A stretch of DNA of 63,401 bases, the filler included, from Nemertoderma westbladi (taxonomy: Eukaryota > Animalia > Xenacoelomorpha): the NCBI GenBank assembly GCA_032718475.1. It is 3 parts of 3 records of this genome, joined end to end, with 100 filler letters (N's around TTAATTAATTAA, not from the genome) between each part and the next. Parts side by side here need not be neighbours in the genome. Positions count along the whole stretch, not along the records: positions 1 to 27,147 come from JAUCBJ010003653.1; positions 27,248 to 58,990 come from JAUCBJ010007919.1; 1 more part is not named here. One strand, written 5' to 3'. Of the stretch, positions 25,143 to 43,357 are shown piece by piece. The notes beneath the pieces were generated by a model. The model worked only from the letters and a program-made list of their open reading frames with translations. It was not told where the DNA came from and did no database searches. Position numbers and translations under genes: made by a program. Every line of letters starts with the position of its first letter. The first letter of the stretch is position 1.

Positions 25143-26196
25143 CAGTATACGATGGTTCGACAACATTTGTGTCTACTGTTGATGGTGACACAGAACCATT
25201 TGAAGTGTTATGGGGCGTCCTCCAAGGAGACACACTTGCACCATTCTTGTTCATTATTGTGGTTGACTATGTTCTACGCATGTCCTTAGATCATCATAAT
25301 GATGATGGGGTGATGATAACTCCACCTACTGGCTCCAGAAGTCGAGGAAATCCTGCCAAGTACCTAACTGATCTAGACTTTGCTGATGACTTAGGAGTAC
25401 TCTCAGAATCATTAGAGGGAGCCCAGCGGCTCCTCAGCTCATTAGAACATGCTGCTTCTAGTGTTGGTCTTTTTATTAACTCCAGAAAGACCAAAATTCT
25501 GACAGTTAACTTTGAAAGTCCTCAGCAAGTCTCTGATCGGATGAGCATAAGCTCAAAGGATGGTATGCTTGAGCATGTGGACGACTTCTGTTACCTGGGA
25601 TCATGGATCCGGAAGTCAGGTGAGGACCTTCGAATACGTAAGGGAAAGGCATGGGCAGCCTTGAATAGGCTTTCCAGGATTTGGAAGTCACCTAGAATTA
25701 ATCGGAAACTTAAGGTCCGATTATTTAGAGCAGCAGTAGTTCCAGTACTCCTCTACGGGAGTCCATGCTGGGCTCTAACAGCTGAGGACACCAAATCTCT
25801 GGATGGCACATTCACAAGAATGCTACGCCGGGTACATTGTGTCAAGTACAATGCACACATCCCCAACCAGACACTATATAACATTGGAGGTGTCTCATTG
25901 GTTCCCCCAAGCTTGACACTAGAACAAAATCGCCTCCGCTTTGCAGGACATTGCTTTCGCCGTGAGGACCAGCCAGTGCATAATCTTGTACTTTGGCAGC
26001 CTCATGGAGTGAATAAGCATGGAGGACAACCCATGACTTTCTTGAGACGCATCTTAAAGGACACTGGCCTTAAAGATGCGGATGATCTAGCAAATGTCAT
26101 GGGTGATAGGGAGTTGTGGCGGTGCAATTTTGTTGACAAGCCGGCACAGCATTCTTAAAAATGCAGCTGCAATGCAGCATGCCGATCCTAGTAGTA
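25143..26196 (+). mobile_element. 5'-truncated RTE LINE inserted in the Penelope ORF
   Basis: Open RT C-terminal half (GVLQGDTLAP, DFADD), (TAG)n tail, 11-bp TSD GGGTGTTGGGT at 25132-25142 and 26197-26207. Confidence 0.92.
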
Positions 26197-27147
26197 GGGT
26201 GTTGGGTAATGCGGGACACCTTGGGTTGCTAAGTGAAGACCGTGTAAGTATATTACGTAGCTTAGGGCCGGTGGATGAGACAATGCGTGTTGTATGTGCG
26301 TATGGAGAATTTTGGACTGCGGCTTTTACTTGTCTCAGTATGTTTTCATTACTGTAAGGTAGAACCAAGGGTTGTATATGTTGTGGTGGGGGGTGTATTC
26401 GTGTATGTATGCGGGGGTGTTTAATTTGTGTAATAAGTTTATTAATAATGTCAAATGGGTAGTCATTGTTTGCCAGCCTCTGTCTAACTTTCTCCAGACA
26501 CCTGTTTATGCCTGCAGCTGTGGTACTGTTATTAATGGCTCGTTTAATGGTACTCCTAGCTACGTTTAAGATTGTGGTTTGGGGGTGAGCACTGTTATAA
26601 TTGAGAATAATACCTACGTTGGCTGGTTTCACGTATAGTTCGAAATCAATGGGACCTACCGTATTAATGGTGGTTAATGTATCTAAAAAAGGTATACTAT
26701 GGAAACTTTTTTCCATTGTATACTTGATGGTCGGATGACATTATATATACATAAATATTTAGATAGACAAGGAATTTATCCAGTTCCTCTTCGCCGTGAG
26801 GCCAAGTGGACCAACCATCGTCATAAAACCTAAACCACACATCCGGTGAGAGGTGATACAGTAGTTAGCTAAAAACTCACTCTCTTTCACGTGAATATAT
26901 ATGATAGCGAATGGTGCTGTTAATCGGTCCCCCATACCTAGCCCAAACTTTTGAAGATAAAATTTACCTTCAAAGTGGAAATAACTACATTCGAGTGCTA
27001 ATTGCAGTAACCCATAAAACTCTGGTAAATTTAACCCAAACATATTAATAGAGTTATGGTGTTTATTTACGAACCCGATTACAACCTCAATACCTTCTTT
27101 AGCAGGTATATTCGTATATAAGGCTACTATATCTGTACTAAACAATA

Positions 27148-27247
27148 NNNNNNNNNNNNNNNNNNNNNNNNNNNNNNNNNNNNNNNNNNNNTTAATTAAT
27201 TAANNNNNNNNNNNNNNNNNNNNNNNNNNNNNNNNNNNNNNNNNNNN
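27148..27247. other. Assembly gap with artificial TTAATTAATTAA linker
   Basis: Ns flank a 12-mer giving stops in all six frames; the same construct occurs at 58991-59090. Confidence 0.95.
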
Positions 27248-27284
27248 TATATATATATACATTTTATATATCATTTATTTTCAG

Positions 27285-27664
27285 GGTTATCTCGATGCAG
27301 AAAGGCGGAAGTATTCGAGAAGTGTTCCGGCGGTTCTGCGAAGGTTTACAGAGAGTTGAAGCAGCTATGAAGGAAGCGGGGGCTGAGTTCATGTGGAACG
27401 AACACTTAGGTTACGTTCTCACATGCCCGAGTAATTTGGGAACCGGGTTGAGGTACGCATGTCCTGTACTGCCAATAATTTGGCAAATTTTTATATGTTG
27501 AGGAACGAATAGTTGATATAGCAATTAAATTGTCCATTAATAATAACTGTATTATATAAAAAGTAATTTTGTAAAGCCGTATTTGAGATCAATCTATTGT
27601 TTTATTAACATGAAACAATATTACACCATGTCCTGGAATATATCTTGTCGTTATTCTGGTACCC

Positions 27665-27696
<32 letters not shown>

Positions 27697-30600
27697 TCTA
27701 CAAAAATGAGATCGCATGAAATTTGAAACAGAGATAGTTTCACTCAGCTGCTCCTTCATGGATGAGCCAGAATTTTTATTTTCGCTTTCATTCTTTAGCT
27801 TCAAGCGTTTAAAAAAGGTGTCTCCGTTGAAATTGCACCAGTTACACCGCAGTTATTCTTCAACCTTATTGGTACTGTTAGAAAGCTGCCATGCAAGGAT
27901 TCCAAATATGTGTTCTAGAACATTAAATTAAAATTGAATGGATGTGCTTCACAAAAATGTTCTTTATTTTCTAAAAATTTATATTCAGTTATATTTCATT
28001 CGTTTTTTTTATACTTCAGTGCCTGTAATTACTAGGTTACGGGACAAAAAAATTATTGTAATTTTCTTTCTATTTAAATTTGGCAGTATTGTTTTTGGTT
28101 ACACTGCTTTTCTAACAAAAACACAAAACGATTTCATTACAAATTTAAGGAAAGGCGTAGGATTCAGAGATGGGCTTTTCCAACCAAAACTAATGATATC
28201 TTTACAACTTGTGGGAAAAAAGCAGGTTTCAGTGGCGGACTTTTCTAACCAAAACAATAAACGATATTGTTACAAATTGAGATAAAGAGCAGGTAACAGA
28301 GATGGATTTTCGAAAAAAAAATCAATAAATTGAGGTTACAAATTTAGGGAAAGGAGCAGTTTAAAGTGACCGGCTTTTCTAAAACAGTAAACTATGTCAT
28401 TCCCAATTTATGTCAACTAGCGAATTTCGCGAAGATCGCGGCGTTTGCGAAGCCTTACCTAAAGTAGGTTCTAGTGTGGTACCGTATGCTGCTTACAAAT
28501 CCTCCTAATTTTTTCATAGCTAGTATTTTTCTTTAAATAGTATATTTGTTTATGAAATTTACATAGATGAAATTTAAATTTCCTTAATGTATGAAACACA
28601 CATTAGACACGCAAAATGAGCAGAATATTGATAATCTCCCCATCACCATTTAAACCTCTCCGAAACTTTATAACGACAACAATTTACATAATTATTATAA
28701 ATATTCGATAAACCCATTCAATACTGAAATGAGATTGCAATGGTAATTTGTAATTGTTTATATTTGACAGAGCGGGTGTCCACATAAAGATTCCTCTCCT
28801 CAGTGCCCACCCAAAGTTCGAGGAAGTTTTAAAGAAGAAACGATTACAGAAGCGAGGTACAGGGGGAGTTGATACCAAAGCTGAAGGCGGAATATTTGAT
28901 ATATCCAACGCGGATAGGTGAGAATATACTCGAACAAGTACTGGAACACTATTTATGAAAGTATAATTTATTGTTTATTAAGCACTATCGTTTATGTTAC
29001 AGTATTCACAACCAACACATTTTTATGGTATTGACCACGGCATTAAATTATTACCGTTCGAATTTAAGTACGCCGAAACATTTATTAATAGGGCACTATT
29101 GAGCGTTAAATCATAGTTGTGTTTATTTATGTTTACCTCCCGAGCTCGATCGGTGTATAAAAACACTCATAACGCTGAAAATTGTTACTTTTTACACGAA
29201 AATAGATAGTAAATATAAGGTAATTTTGAATTTTATCCCATGACTTTTACTAGAAAGGCATTTCCTAAAGGAAATGCAACCACGAAGCTAAGGAAAATTA
29301 AACAAACGGCCACAATTTGGTTCGTTGCTTAGCCTAGTTTAGTAGCATTTGCCAATAAATAACTTCTATTCCCATGGAAACTAGAGTTCTCTGGAACTGT
29401 TGGTTTTACCTTTGAAAAAAGATTCAGTCCAGATTGTGGTTCAGATAACACATATCGAGTTTCAGAAAATATTGTAGTTTATGTCCAAATTACAGATTTT
29501 CTATCAAAATGCATCTGTTTGCAGTGGTTGTCATGGAAACTGAAAAATAGAACAATGTAATTCGGATGCAGAATAAGTCATATAGTGGGGGTAGGGGTTA
29601 ATCCCAAGTCATAATACTATTAACTTGTGCTTCAAATTATCATTTTATTAATTTTAACATCTGTTTAGTCTTGTTGCTATGGTAACTGGATTTTCTAATT
29701 AACTTCGAACGGCTTGTATATGGACCTTATAGATGAGTTGCAAAACCCCAAGTTTATATATATTACAGTTTTGCTACAAATAGAGTTATCAATATAGATT
29801 TGAATGATATAGAGTTTAATAAACTACAGTTACCATGGTAACTAAATTTCTGGAATAATTTAAGTTTCACTAAAAGTTCCAACTAGAGGTCCAGATAACA
29901 CATACCCAGTTTTGTAAAATTTTATCGTGAAGTCTATGTCCAAATGAATAAGTTTTGAATAAAAACATCTGTTTTCAGCGGTTGTCATGGTAACTGAAAA
30001 ATAGAACAATGTAATTCAGATGCAGAATAAGTTATATAGTGGGGGTAGGGGTTGGTCCCAAGTCATAACACCTTGCCTTTAGGCCTCAAATTTACATTTT
30101 ATAAATTTTAACATCTGTTTATCCCGGTTGCTAAGGTAACTGGATTTTCTATTTAGCCTCAATCGGATCTGCTATGGACCTTATAGTTGAGTTGAGAAAC
30201 CCCAAGTTTATATCTATTATAGTTTTCCTACAAATAGAGTTATAAATATTGACTTGAAATACATAGACTTTTTTTGAAGTCCGTTGCCATGGAAACCAGA
30301 TTTTTCCTGGATATGAGACCCGGCCCAAAAGATGCGCCTCGTCGAGTAGTATATACATGCAAAATTTCAGGGTACTTTTAAAGGCTAGTTTTTTCACCTA
30401 TCAAAAAAAAACAAATCTGCCTCCATACAAGTAAAATAGCCCACTATGAATAGACCATCTCAGCTAAGGAAAATCTTTCTTAGCGAAAGTAGTTGATTTT
30501 CCTTAGCTTCGTGGACAAAGAGTCCTGTTTATAAAGTCTAACTTTATACAATCGAATTTGTCAGAAATAATAACGGGTCCAGGTAGGTTTTGTAGTTTTT

Positions 30601-30754
30601 CAACTTTATTGTCATAGTACTACAAATATATTTTAGGTTGGGATTCTCGGAGGTGCAACTCAGTCAGTTCCTCGTTGACGGAATTGATTTAATAATTAAA
30701 CTGGAGAAACGCCTTCAAGAAGGTGGTGAGATCGATGACCTTATTCCAGAGTAG
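27285..30754 (+). CDS. Phosphagen kinase of creatine-kinase type, last three exons (27285-27452, 28771-28917, 30637-30754)
   Basis: GT-AG splicing gives [31 protein letters not shown]|[28 protein letters not shown]|[14 protein letters not shown]. Upstream exons were not found in the window. Confidence 0.92.
29280..30514. mobile_element. Non-autonomous intronic element with inverted ends, a terminal hairpin and an internal ~450-bp duplication
   Basis: ccacgaagctaaggaaaat (~29280) is inverted at ~30496-30514; agctaaggaaaatc hairpin arm at ~30462; ~29440-29800 is repeated at ~29890-30255. Confidence 0.6.
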
Positions 30755-31691
30755 GTTGAAGAAGTTGCCTTATATAGGCGGAGTAAGGGAGGCGAGGAAC
30801 ATGGTCAACTTTATATCAAAGAGCATAATATTATTTATTATAAATATACTCTTTATTTTAATTTAATTACAAACTCATTGTGCTTTCTATAACATTTTTA
30901 GAGGATTTTCAATACAATATGATTATAGTACTGTAGTACAGTACTAGGTCTAATGTTACTTTTACAAAGAAATACTTTACACAAAGACACCTTTAGTTTT
31001 TTATCTTTAGCACGTCTGTATGTATGTGTGTATGTGTATACAGAATATAAAACAGAATAAGAAAATCAATTAATAAATCGGAAGGTATACAACTTATTTT
31101 TACATTTATATTTTCTTAAAATGTAAAAAAGGATTGGATGATTAGAACTAGATGCGAATTTTAGATGACTGGTAGAAACAGCGGTATGTTATCTCGCCAC
31201 TTATCATCAACAATATAGTAAAACCATACCTGTTATAAGCCAACTGTTATAAGTGAAAAGAGACTTTATATTACTAAAATTAGTAAAAATATAGTCTTTC
31301 TGAGTTATAAAGACCTTCTTTCATCTTTCGCTACAATTTATCAAAGAAATTATTGATGCTCATTTGGTGAATGAAAATTATTCGGTTCACTGTTTTTTTG
31401 GATATTTTTTCGGAGGGAGTTCCACCTTGGTGTAGTGTAGTGTAGAATGCTTTAACTGCAAGACAGATTTGGCTAGGGACCATATCTGCCTTGCTTCCGT
31501 AATTGGTTGCTAAAATAATACTGGAGTTTCCTCTGGGGAGTATAATTCTGGGGGGAGGGGGGGGGGGGGGGGGGGGGGCTGGAATTAAGTCGTTAGACTT
31601 TGTGTGTAAACGTAATCCCTGGTCTAACGGCCGAAGAATATTTACCGTTTATATACATTATATATATTTACCGCATATAACCATTTATGCG

Positions 31692-33786
31692 ATAAAGTCA
31701 CAAAGGTTCACAATAAAGTCACAAAGGTTCACAATAAAGTCACAAAGGTTAACAATAAAGTCACAAAGGTTCACAATAAAGTCACAAAGGTTCACAATAA
31801 AGTCACAAAGGTTCACAATAAAGTCACAAAGGCTCACAATAAAGTCCAAAGGTTCACAATAAAGTCACAAAGGTTCACAATAAAGTCACAAAGGTTCACA
31901 ATAAAGTCACAAAGCTTCACAATAAAGTCACAAAGGTTCACAATAAAGTCACAGGTTCACAATAAAGTCCAAAGGTTCACAATAAAGTCACAAAGGTTCA
32001 CAATAAAGTCACAAAGGTTCACAATAAAGTCACAACGGTTCACAATAAAGTCACAAAGGTTCACAATAAAGTCCAAAGGTTCACAATAAAGTCACAAAGG
32101 TTCCCAATAAAGTCACAAAGGTTAACAATAAAGTCACAAAGGTTCACAATAAAGTCACAAAGGTTCACAATAAAGTCACAAAGGTTCACAGTAAAGTCAC
32201 AAAGGTTCACAATAAAGTCACAAAGGCTCACAATAAAGTCACAAAGGTTCACAATAACGTCACAAAGGTTCACAATGAAGTCACAAAGGTTCACAATAAA
32301 GTCACAAAGGTTCACAATAAAGTCACAGGTTCACAATAAAGTCCAAAGGTTCACAATAAAGTCACAAAGGTTCACAATAAAGTCACAAAGGTTAACAATA
32401 AAGTCACAAAGGTTCACAATAAAGTCACAAAGGTTCACAATAAAGTCACAAAGGTTCACAATAAAGTCACAAAGGCTCACAATAAAGTCACAAAGCTTCA
32501 CAATAAAGTCACAAAGGTTCACAATAAAGTCACAGGTTCACAATAAAGTCCAAAGGTTCACAATAAAGTCACAACGGTTCACAATAAAGTCACAAAGGTT
32601 CACAATAAAGTCACAAAGGTTCACAATGAAGTCACAAAGGTTCACAATAAAGTCACAAAGGTTCACAATGAAGTGACAAAGGTTCACAATAAAGTCACAA
32701 CGGTTCACAATAAAGTCACAAAGGTTCACAATAAAGTCACAAAGGTTCACAATGAAGTCACAACGGTTCACAATAAAGTCACAAAGGTTCACAATAAAGT
32801 CACAAAGGTTCACAATAAAGTCACAACGGTTCACAATAAAGTCACAAAGGTTCACAATAAAGTCACAAAGGTTCACAATAAAGTCACAAAGGTTCACAAT
32901 AAAGTCACAAAGGTTCACAATAAAGTCACAAAGGTTCACAATAAAGTCCAAAGGTTCACAATAAAGTCACAAAGGTTCCCAATAAAGTCAGAAAGGTTAA
33001 CAATAAAGTCACAAAGGTTCACAATAAAGTCACAAAGGTTCACAATAAAGTCACAAAGGTTCACAGTAAAGTCACAAAGGTTCACAATAAAGTCACAAAG
33101 GCTCACAATAAAGTCACAAAGGTTCACAATAACGTCACAAAGGTTCACAATGAAGTCACAAAGGTTCACAATAAAGTCACAAAGGTTCACAGTAAAGTCA
33201 CAAAGGTTCACAATAAAGTCACAAAGGTTCACAATAAAGTCACAAAGGTTCACAATAAAGTCACAACGGTTCACAATAAAGTTACAAAGGTTCACAATAA
33301 AGTCACAAACGTTCACGATAAAGTCACAAAGGTTAACAATAAAGTCAAAAAGTTTCACAATAAAGTCACAAAGGTTCACAATAAAGTCACAAACGTTCAC
33401 GATAAAGTCACAAAGGTTAACAATAAAGTCAAAAAGTTTCACAATAAAGTCACAAAGGTTCACAATAAAGTCACAAAGGTTCACAATAAAGTCACAAAGG
33501 TTCACAATAAAGTCACAAAGGTTCACAATAAAGTCACAAAGGCTCACAATAAAGTCACAAAGGTTCACAATAACGTCACAAAGGTTCACAATAAAGTCAC
33601 AAAGGTTCACAATAAAGTCACAAAGGTTCACAATAAAGTCACAACGGTTCACAATAAAGTCACAAAGGTTCACAATAAAGTCACAAAGGTTCACAATAAA
33701 GTCACAAAGGTTCACAATAAAGTCACAAAGGTTCACAATAAAGTCACAAAGGTTCACAATAAAGTCACAAAGGTTCACAATAAAGT
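31692..33786. repeat. Minisatellite, 21-bp unit CACAATAAAGTCACAAAGGTT, about 100 copies
   Basis: Directly visible tandem array with recurring variants and occasional 19- or 20-bp units. Confidence 0.98.
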
Positions 33787-34654
33787 AACTAAAGTTTCAA
33801 ATGTAACAGAAATTGATTTGATATATCAGATTATTTATGTCTAGTAATTTATTGGATAAATAAAGTATCGGAAAGAACTCAATGGCAAAAGTTCCAGTTG
33901 ACCTCAATTCAAAGATTCAAAGATTTATCATACATTAATAGAATAACATCACTTACTTATCTTTACAACTCCCTTTCGACCACCTTTATGATAAGTTCGA
34001 AAAATATGTTGTGAGGATAGGATACTAACTGCAGTCGGTTGGCTATAACATAATATACTTTCAGTATTATGTCTGACATGGATGGATCTGCAGACTACCG
34101 GTAGACATGTTTACTCTCTAGCTGTATCAATACCTGCTTGCTGCTGCTTGCTATCAGTTAGTCAGTATCATATCAGTGACACCTACCTTGTATATTTTGT
34201 AATATTACTGCTGTATGTGACGCAACCTGATTTATTATGGCAGTGATTTTTTATGTCCTTTTATTTGACTTTTCCTGTCCCCCTTTTTTTGTGCATAATG
34301 ACTTTTGTTGTCCCTTTAATGACTTTTATTGTCCTTTTAATGACTTTTTATACGTATGTATTTCTTCAAACTGTCAGACTGCTGATTTCTGGTCTGTCAG
34401 ACAGTTGATTTCAACATGCCTATGCCAAAACATTCAAAATTTGTTGATTTCTGGTCTGTCGGACAGTTGGTTTCTCTATACCTGTGCCAACACATTCCAT
34501 GATTCCATGATTTATAGACTATGAGATATATTTCCATATGCGCCTGTGGTAAAAGACTCTAAATTTAATAGTTTGTGGTTGTTGTCGATAATCGATTACC
34601 ACATGACGTAGCAAAACACTCATTTTATAGGCAAAAACAATTACCAATTATGAT

Positions 34655-35645
34655 CGAAAGGAGCAGGTTAAGGCCGGATTTTCTAACCAAAACAATAAAC
34701 AGTCACTCTACCAAATGAAGGAAAGGAGCAGGTTACAGAGGCGGGCCTTTCTAACCAAAACAATAAACGATCATTTAACTAATTGAGGGAAAGGAGCGGG
34801 TTACAGAGGCGGGATTTTTTAACCAAAACAATAAACAGTCACTTTACCAAATCAGGGAAATGAGCAGGTTACAGAGACGGGATTTTCTAACCAAAACAAT
34901 GAACGATAACATTACCAATTGAGAGAAAGGAGCAGGTTAAAGAGGCGGGATTTTCTAACCAAAACAATTTATGTCACTTTACCAAATCAGGGAAAGGAGC
35001 AGGTTACAGAGACGGGATTTTCTAACCAAAACAATAAACGATAATATTACCAATTGAGAGAAAGGAGCAGGTTACAGAGGCTGGATTTCCTAACCAAAAC
35101 AATAAACGATCACTTAACTAATTGAGGGAAAGGGGCAGGTTACAGAGGCGGGATTTTCTAACCAAAACAATAAACAGCCACTTTACAAAATCAGGGAAAG
35201 GAGCAGGTTACAGAGACGGGATTTTCTAACCAAAACAATAAACGATAACATTACCAATTGAGAGAAAGGAGCAGGTTACAGAGGCGGGATTTTCTAACCA
35301 AAACAATAAACAGTCACTTTACCAAATCAGGGAAAGGAGCAGGTTACAGAGACGGGATATTCTAATCAAAACAATAAACGATAATATTACCAATTGAGAG
35401 AAAGGAGCAGGTTACAGAGGCGGGATTTCCTAACCAAAACAATAAACGATCACTTAACTAATTGAGGGAAAGGGGCAGGTTACAGAGGCGGGATTTTCTA
35501 ACCAAAACAATAAACAGTCACTTTACAAAATGAAGGAAAGGAGCAGGTTACAGAGGCGGGCCTTTCTAACCAAAACAATAAACGGTCACTTTACCAAATC
35601 AGGGAAAGGAGCAGGTTACAGAGGCGGGATTTTCTAACCAAATCA
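34655..35645. repeat. Tandem array, 68-bp unit, about 15 copies, with alternating variants
   Basis: gaaaggagcaggttacagaggcgggattttctaaccaaaacaataaac repeats every 68 bp; decayed copies at ~28145-28400. Confidence 0.92.
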
Positions 35646-36449
35646 ACCGGTCAGCGGGTAGGCCTACCAGTACCGTATTTAAATGGTAGGCTACACAGTA
35701 GGCCTACAGCAGTACCGGTGCCGGTTCCGGTACTAAAATACATATAATACCTGCTTTATACCTATATATGTACATGCAATACTGCAAAATAGTGCTCTAT
35801 ATACTAATACCGGTACTGATAGCTTGAGAGAACAGCAGTAGAGAAACCGGTAGCATGGAACCTAACGGTAAATTTCTGGAGGACATAAAAAGTCAAAAAA
35901 AACTAATACCGGTACTGATAGTCTGGGAGAACAGCAGCAGAGAAGAAACCGTTAGCATGGAACCTAACGGTAGATTTCTGGAGGACATAAAAAGTCAAAA
36001 AAAAGGACAAAAAAAAGATTTAAACGGACAATAAAAATTATTGCGATTTATTAGTATATTGGGTGAGTCGGTTTGAAACATCTTCACTATATCCTCGCAT
36101 TGTTGTCTCACAACAATAAATATACATATCAGAGATTTAAAAAAAGAGGTGGTAAAAACAAATATTTAAATGAGGATTTCTACAATGTAATATATGACCA
36201 ACAATTAAATATATTTTTTAATTAATTAAATAAATTGCACCAAATATAAAACGGCAGATACAATATGTTTTATACCAAAAAAAAAACAGTTCAAATCTGT
36301 ATCTACAGATGGTAACACGCAAGATACCGTAGTAGGTCTAATCACACCGATTTATAACATATGACAACATACTCATCTCCTCTCGACTTCGAAAATCTAG
36401 TGCCACTTTTAATAATACTCATTTTCGAATTGATGATTCATAAGAACGA

Positions 36450-41279
<4,830 letters not shown>

Positions 41280-42284
41280 ATTTTTGGTGAGTTTTCAATT
41301 GATTATGAATGATTTGAATATCAAATTGCGAATTAACTGCGAAATTCAATTACTAATTTATGTTTTTCCGTTATGATTAAAATTAATTTCACGAATAAGG
41401 TTGTCACGGAAATTAGTTTGGCTGAAATTAACCCCAATAATACAGGCCTGAAAATAATTGTCTTTTGTATTGTGTTGTGGTTGTGTTGTATTGTGTGTTG
41501 TATTTTGTTTGTATTAATATTAATTTATTAAGTTATTAATTATTAACGAATAACATCATCATCATACTGTAAATAAGTGGCACAAACAGACAATAACAAT
41601 AATATAATTAAACCTACTGCAGAACTGCAATATAAGTTCAAATATTTGTTGTCTTTTTGGGGTCTGGTTTGTTTATTTTATGGCACGAAGGAAGCACACC
41701 ACCTCGCTAAAATTTTCATTATGGGGGTTTTCTGGGCCGGTGATTTCATTTCTGATGTCAGTTTTAACTGACATCAGAAACCCCCCACTAACCTCCGATA
41801 ACTGCGTCCCCCACACTCTCATATCTGCATTTGTACTCTCTCAATCCATTCATTATTAATCTTAATGTGGGGCGAGCCACGAAGTGAGCGAAGCCTTAGC
41901 ATAGGGGTTCCATTAACGAGTTGTCTGTCGTCGTCGTCCAATTTTTGATCGCTAATAAGTCGGTTATTTTATGATAAAATTAAACCCAACTTGGTACCTA
42001 TGTAGTCCGTCAAAAGGTTAGAAAGAATGTTAAGTTTGCATTACTAATTCAATTCTGCTCTAGATGAAATAGAAAAACAAAAATTATAAATTTTGTAGAG
42101 GTACGGGGTGTCACTCAGAGAATTGTAATGTAATTTTTTACATTGTAATATTTATTTCCCTTTGCTATTGAAACTGCTTACAACTATTTGTCCCATGAGC
42201 GGCTTGACCTGCCACATTTCCTTCAGAACGGCTCAATTTTTTCGCGTTAGACTGTTTTTAATCTATTTTCCCGGGACTAGAATG

Positions 42285-42645
42285 TATGGGTATTAGAGAT
42301 ACTATGGGTACTAGAGTTACTATGGGTACTAGAGTTACTATGGGTACTAGAGTTACTATGGGTACTAGAGATACTATGGGTACTAGAGTTACTATGGGTA
42401 CTAGAGTTACTATGGGTATTAGAGTTACTATGGGTACTAGAGTTACTATGGGTACTAGAGTTACTATGGGTACTAGAGTTACTATGGGTACTAAAGTTAC
42501 TATGGGTACTAGAGTTACTATGGGTACTAGAGTTACTATGGGTACTAGAGTTACTATGGGTACTAGAGTTACTATGGGTACTAGAGTTACTATGGGTACT
42601 ACAGTTACTATGGGTACTGGAGTTACTATGGGTACTGGCGTTACA
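42285..42645. repeat. 18-bp minisatellite GTTACTATGGGTACTAGA, about 20 copies
   Basis: Directly visible; lies ~400 bp downstream of an element end (gtggggcgagccacgaag, ~41867) related to 6789-7299. Confidence 0.95.
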
Positions 42646-43357
42646 TATGCTGATTTCAGGATTTTTAAATCATAATACAATAGATTTGTAGTATCGTTAC
42701 TTAGCGACGTGTTTAGCAATGTATTTTTATTTCCTGCAATGTATGGTTAGTTTTATAATATTAATTCCAGGGGAAGGAATGGGCCCCGTCACCTCAAGGC
42801 GACTCGGGAAGCAAGCCTCTATCCATCTCTAGAATTGTGTATTGATGCTATAGTTACCATAAAAGGCACTACCATGTCGTTATTTAGATAATTCTATATA
42901 CAAATTCAACTGTTAAGTTGTTGAATTTGGTATTAGGCGCAGGGAGGCAGGCACAGGCAGACGCCGTTAGTAAAGCTGTTAAGTAACAATCTAGATCTAG
43001 CAGAATTCATATGGAGGCAGTTACACAAGCAAGGAACGCTATAGTTAATAAATAATGAATCAATGAATTGAAATATTATTTTTTAATATTATGGAGTATA
43101 TGGATGTTGCATAAAACATTAATTAATCAACATCAAAAACTGGAAAAAACTTGCAAGTAAAACACGAAATTTGTGAATATTAGAACCTGCTAGTGCCGAA
43201 TGTATGTCTAAGCATCTAAGAAGTGGGATTGAGCACGGGGCACCAATTATTGTTTTAGCGTTTACTCGAGGTGGCCCAATCTGCCGCAACATTTCAGTAC
43301 GTACATCAATTAATACACAATGTAGAGGTGATTGTTGTCCCAGGTGGATATCGTAGT

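Larger units (their letters stand above)
11830..27147 (-). mobile_element. Penelope-like retroelement (RT plus GIY-YIG), in pieces ~11830-12347, 24819-25142 and 26197-27147; 5' part lost in the gap
   Basis: RT motifs DIVALYTNIP, FEGKFYLQKFGLGMG, WFRFYDD (frameshifted) and PFLD; removing both insertions restores PRCPALPNT-QCYTC..NIVYHVKCNICPEDYIGET..QH..KAPS-MNTQYATEYDTGW*. The 3' boundary is approximate. Confidence 0.85.

Noticed and set aside
24908-26158. 416-aa ORF as a novel RT with a hydrophobic N-terminus
   Set aside because: Chimeric: the first ~78 codons are antisense Penelope sequence upstream of the RTE insertion point.
27192-27203. TTAATTAATTAA palindrome inside N-runs (also at ~59035)
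   Set aside because: Artificial scaffolding linker; adjacency across these gaps is not guaranteed.
31503-33788. Long ORFs up to 371 aa on both strands
   Set aside because: They are translations of the 21-bp minisatellite.
34655-35645. CRISPR-like appearance (constant repeat plus variable segment)
   Set aside because: The variable segments are related and recur, no cas genes are present, and the context is eukaryotic; it is a satellite.
42258-42719. ORFs with VPIVTL / MGTRVT repeats
   Set aside because: They are translations of the 18-bp minisatellite.
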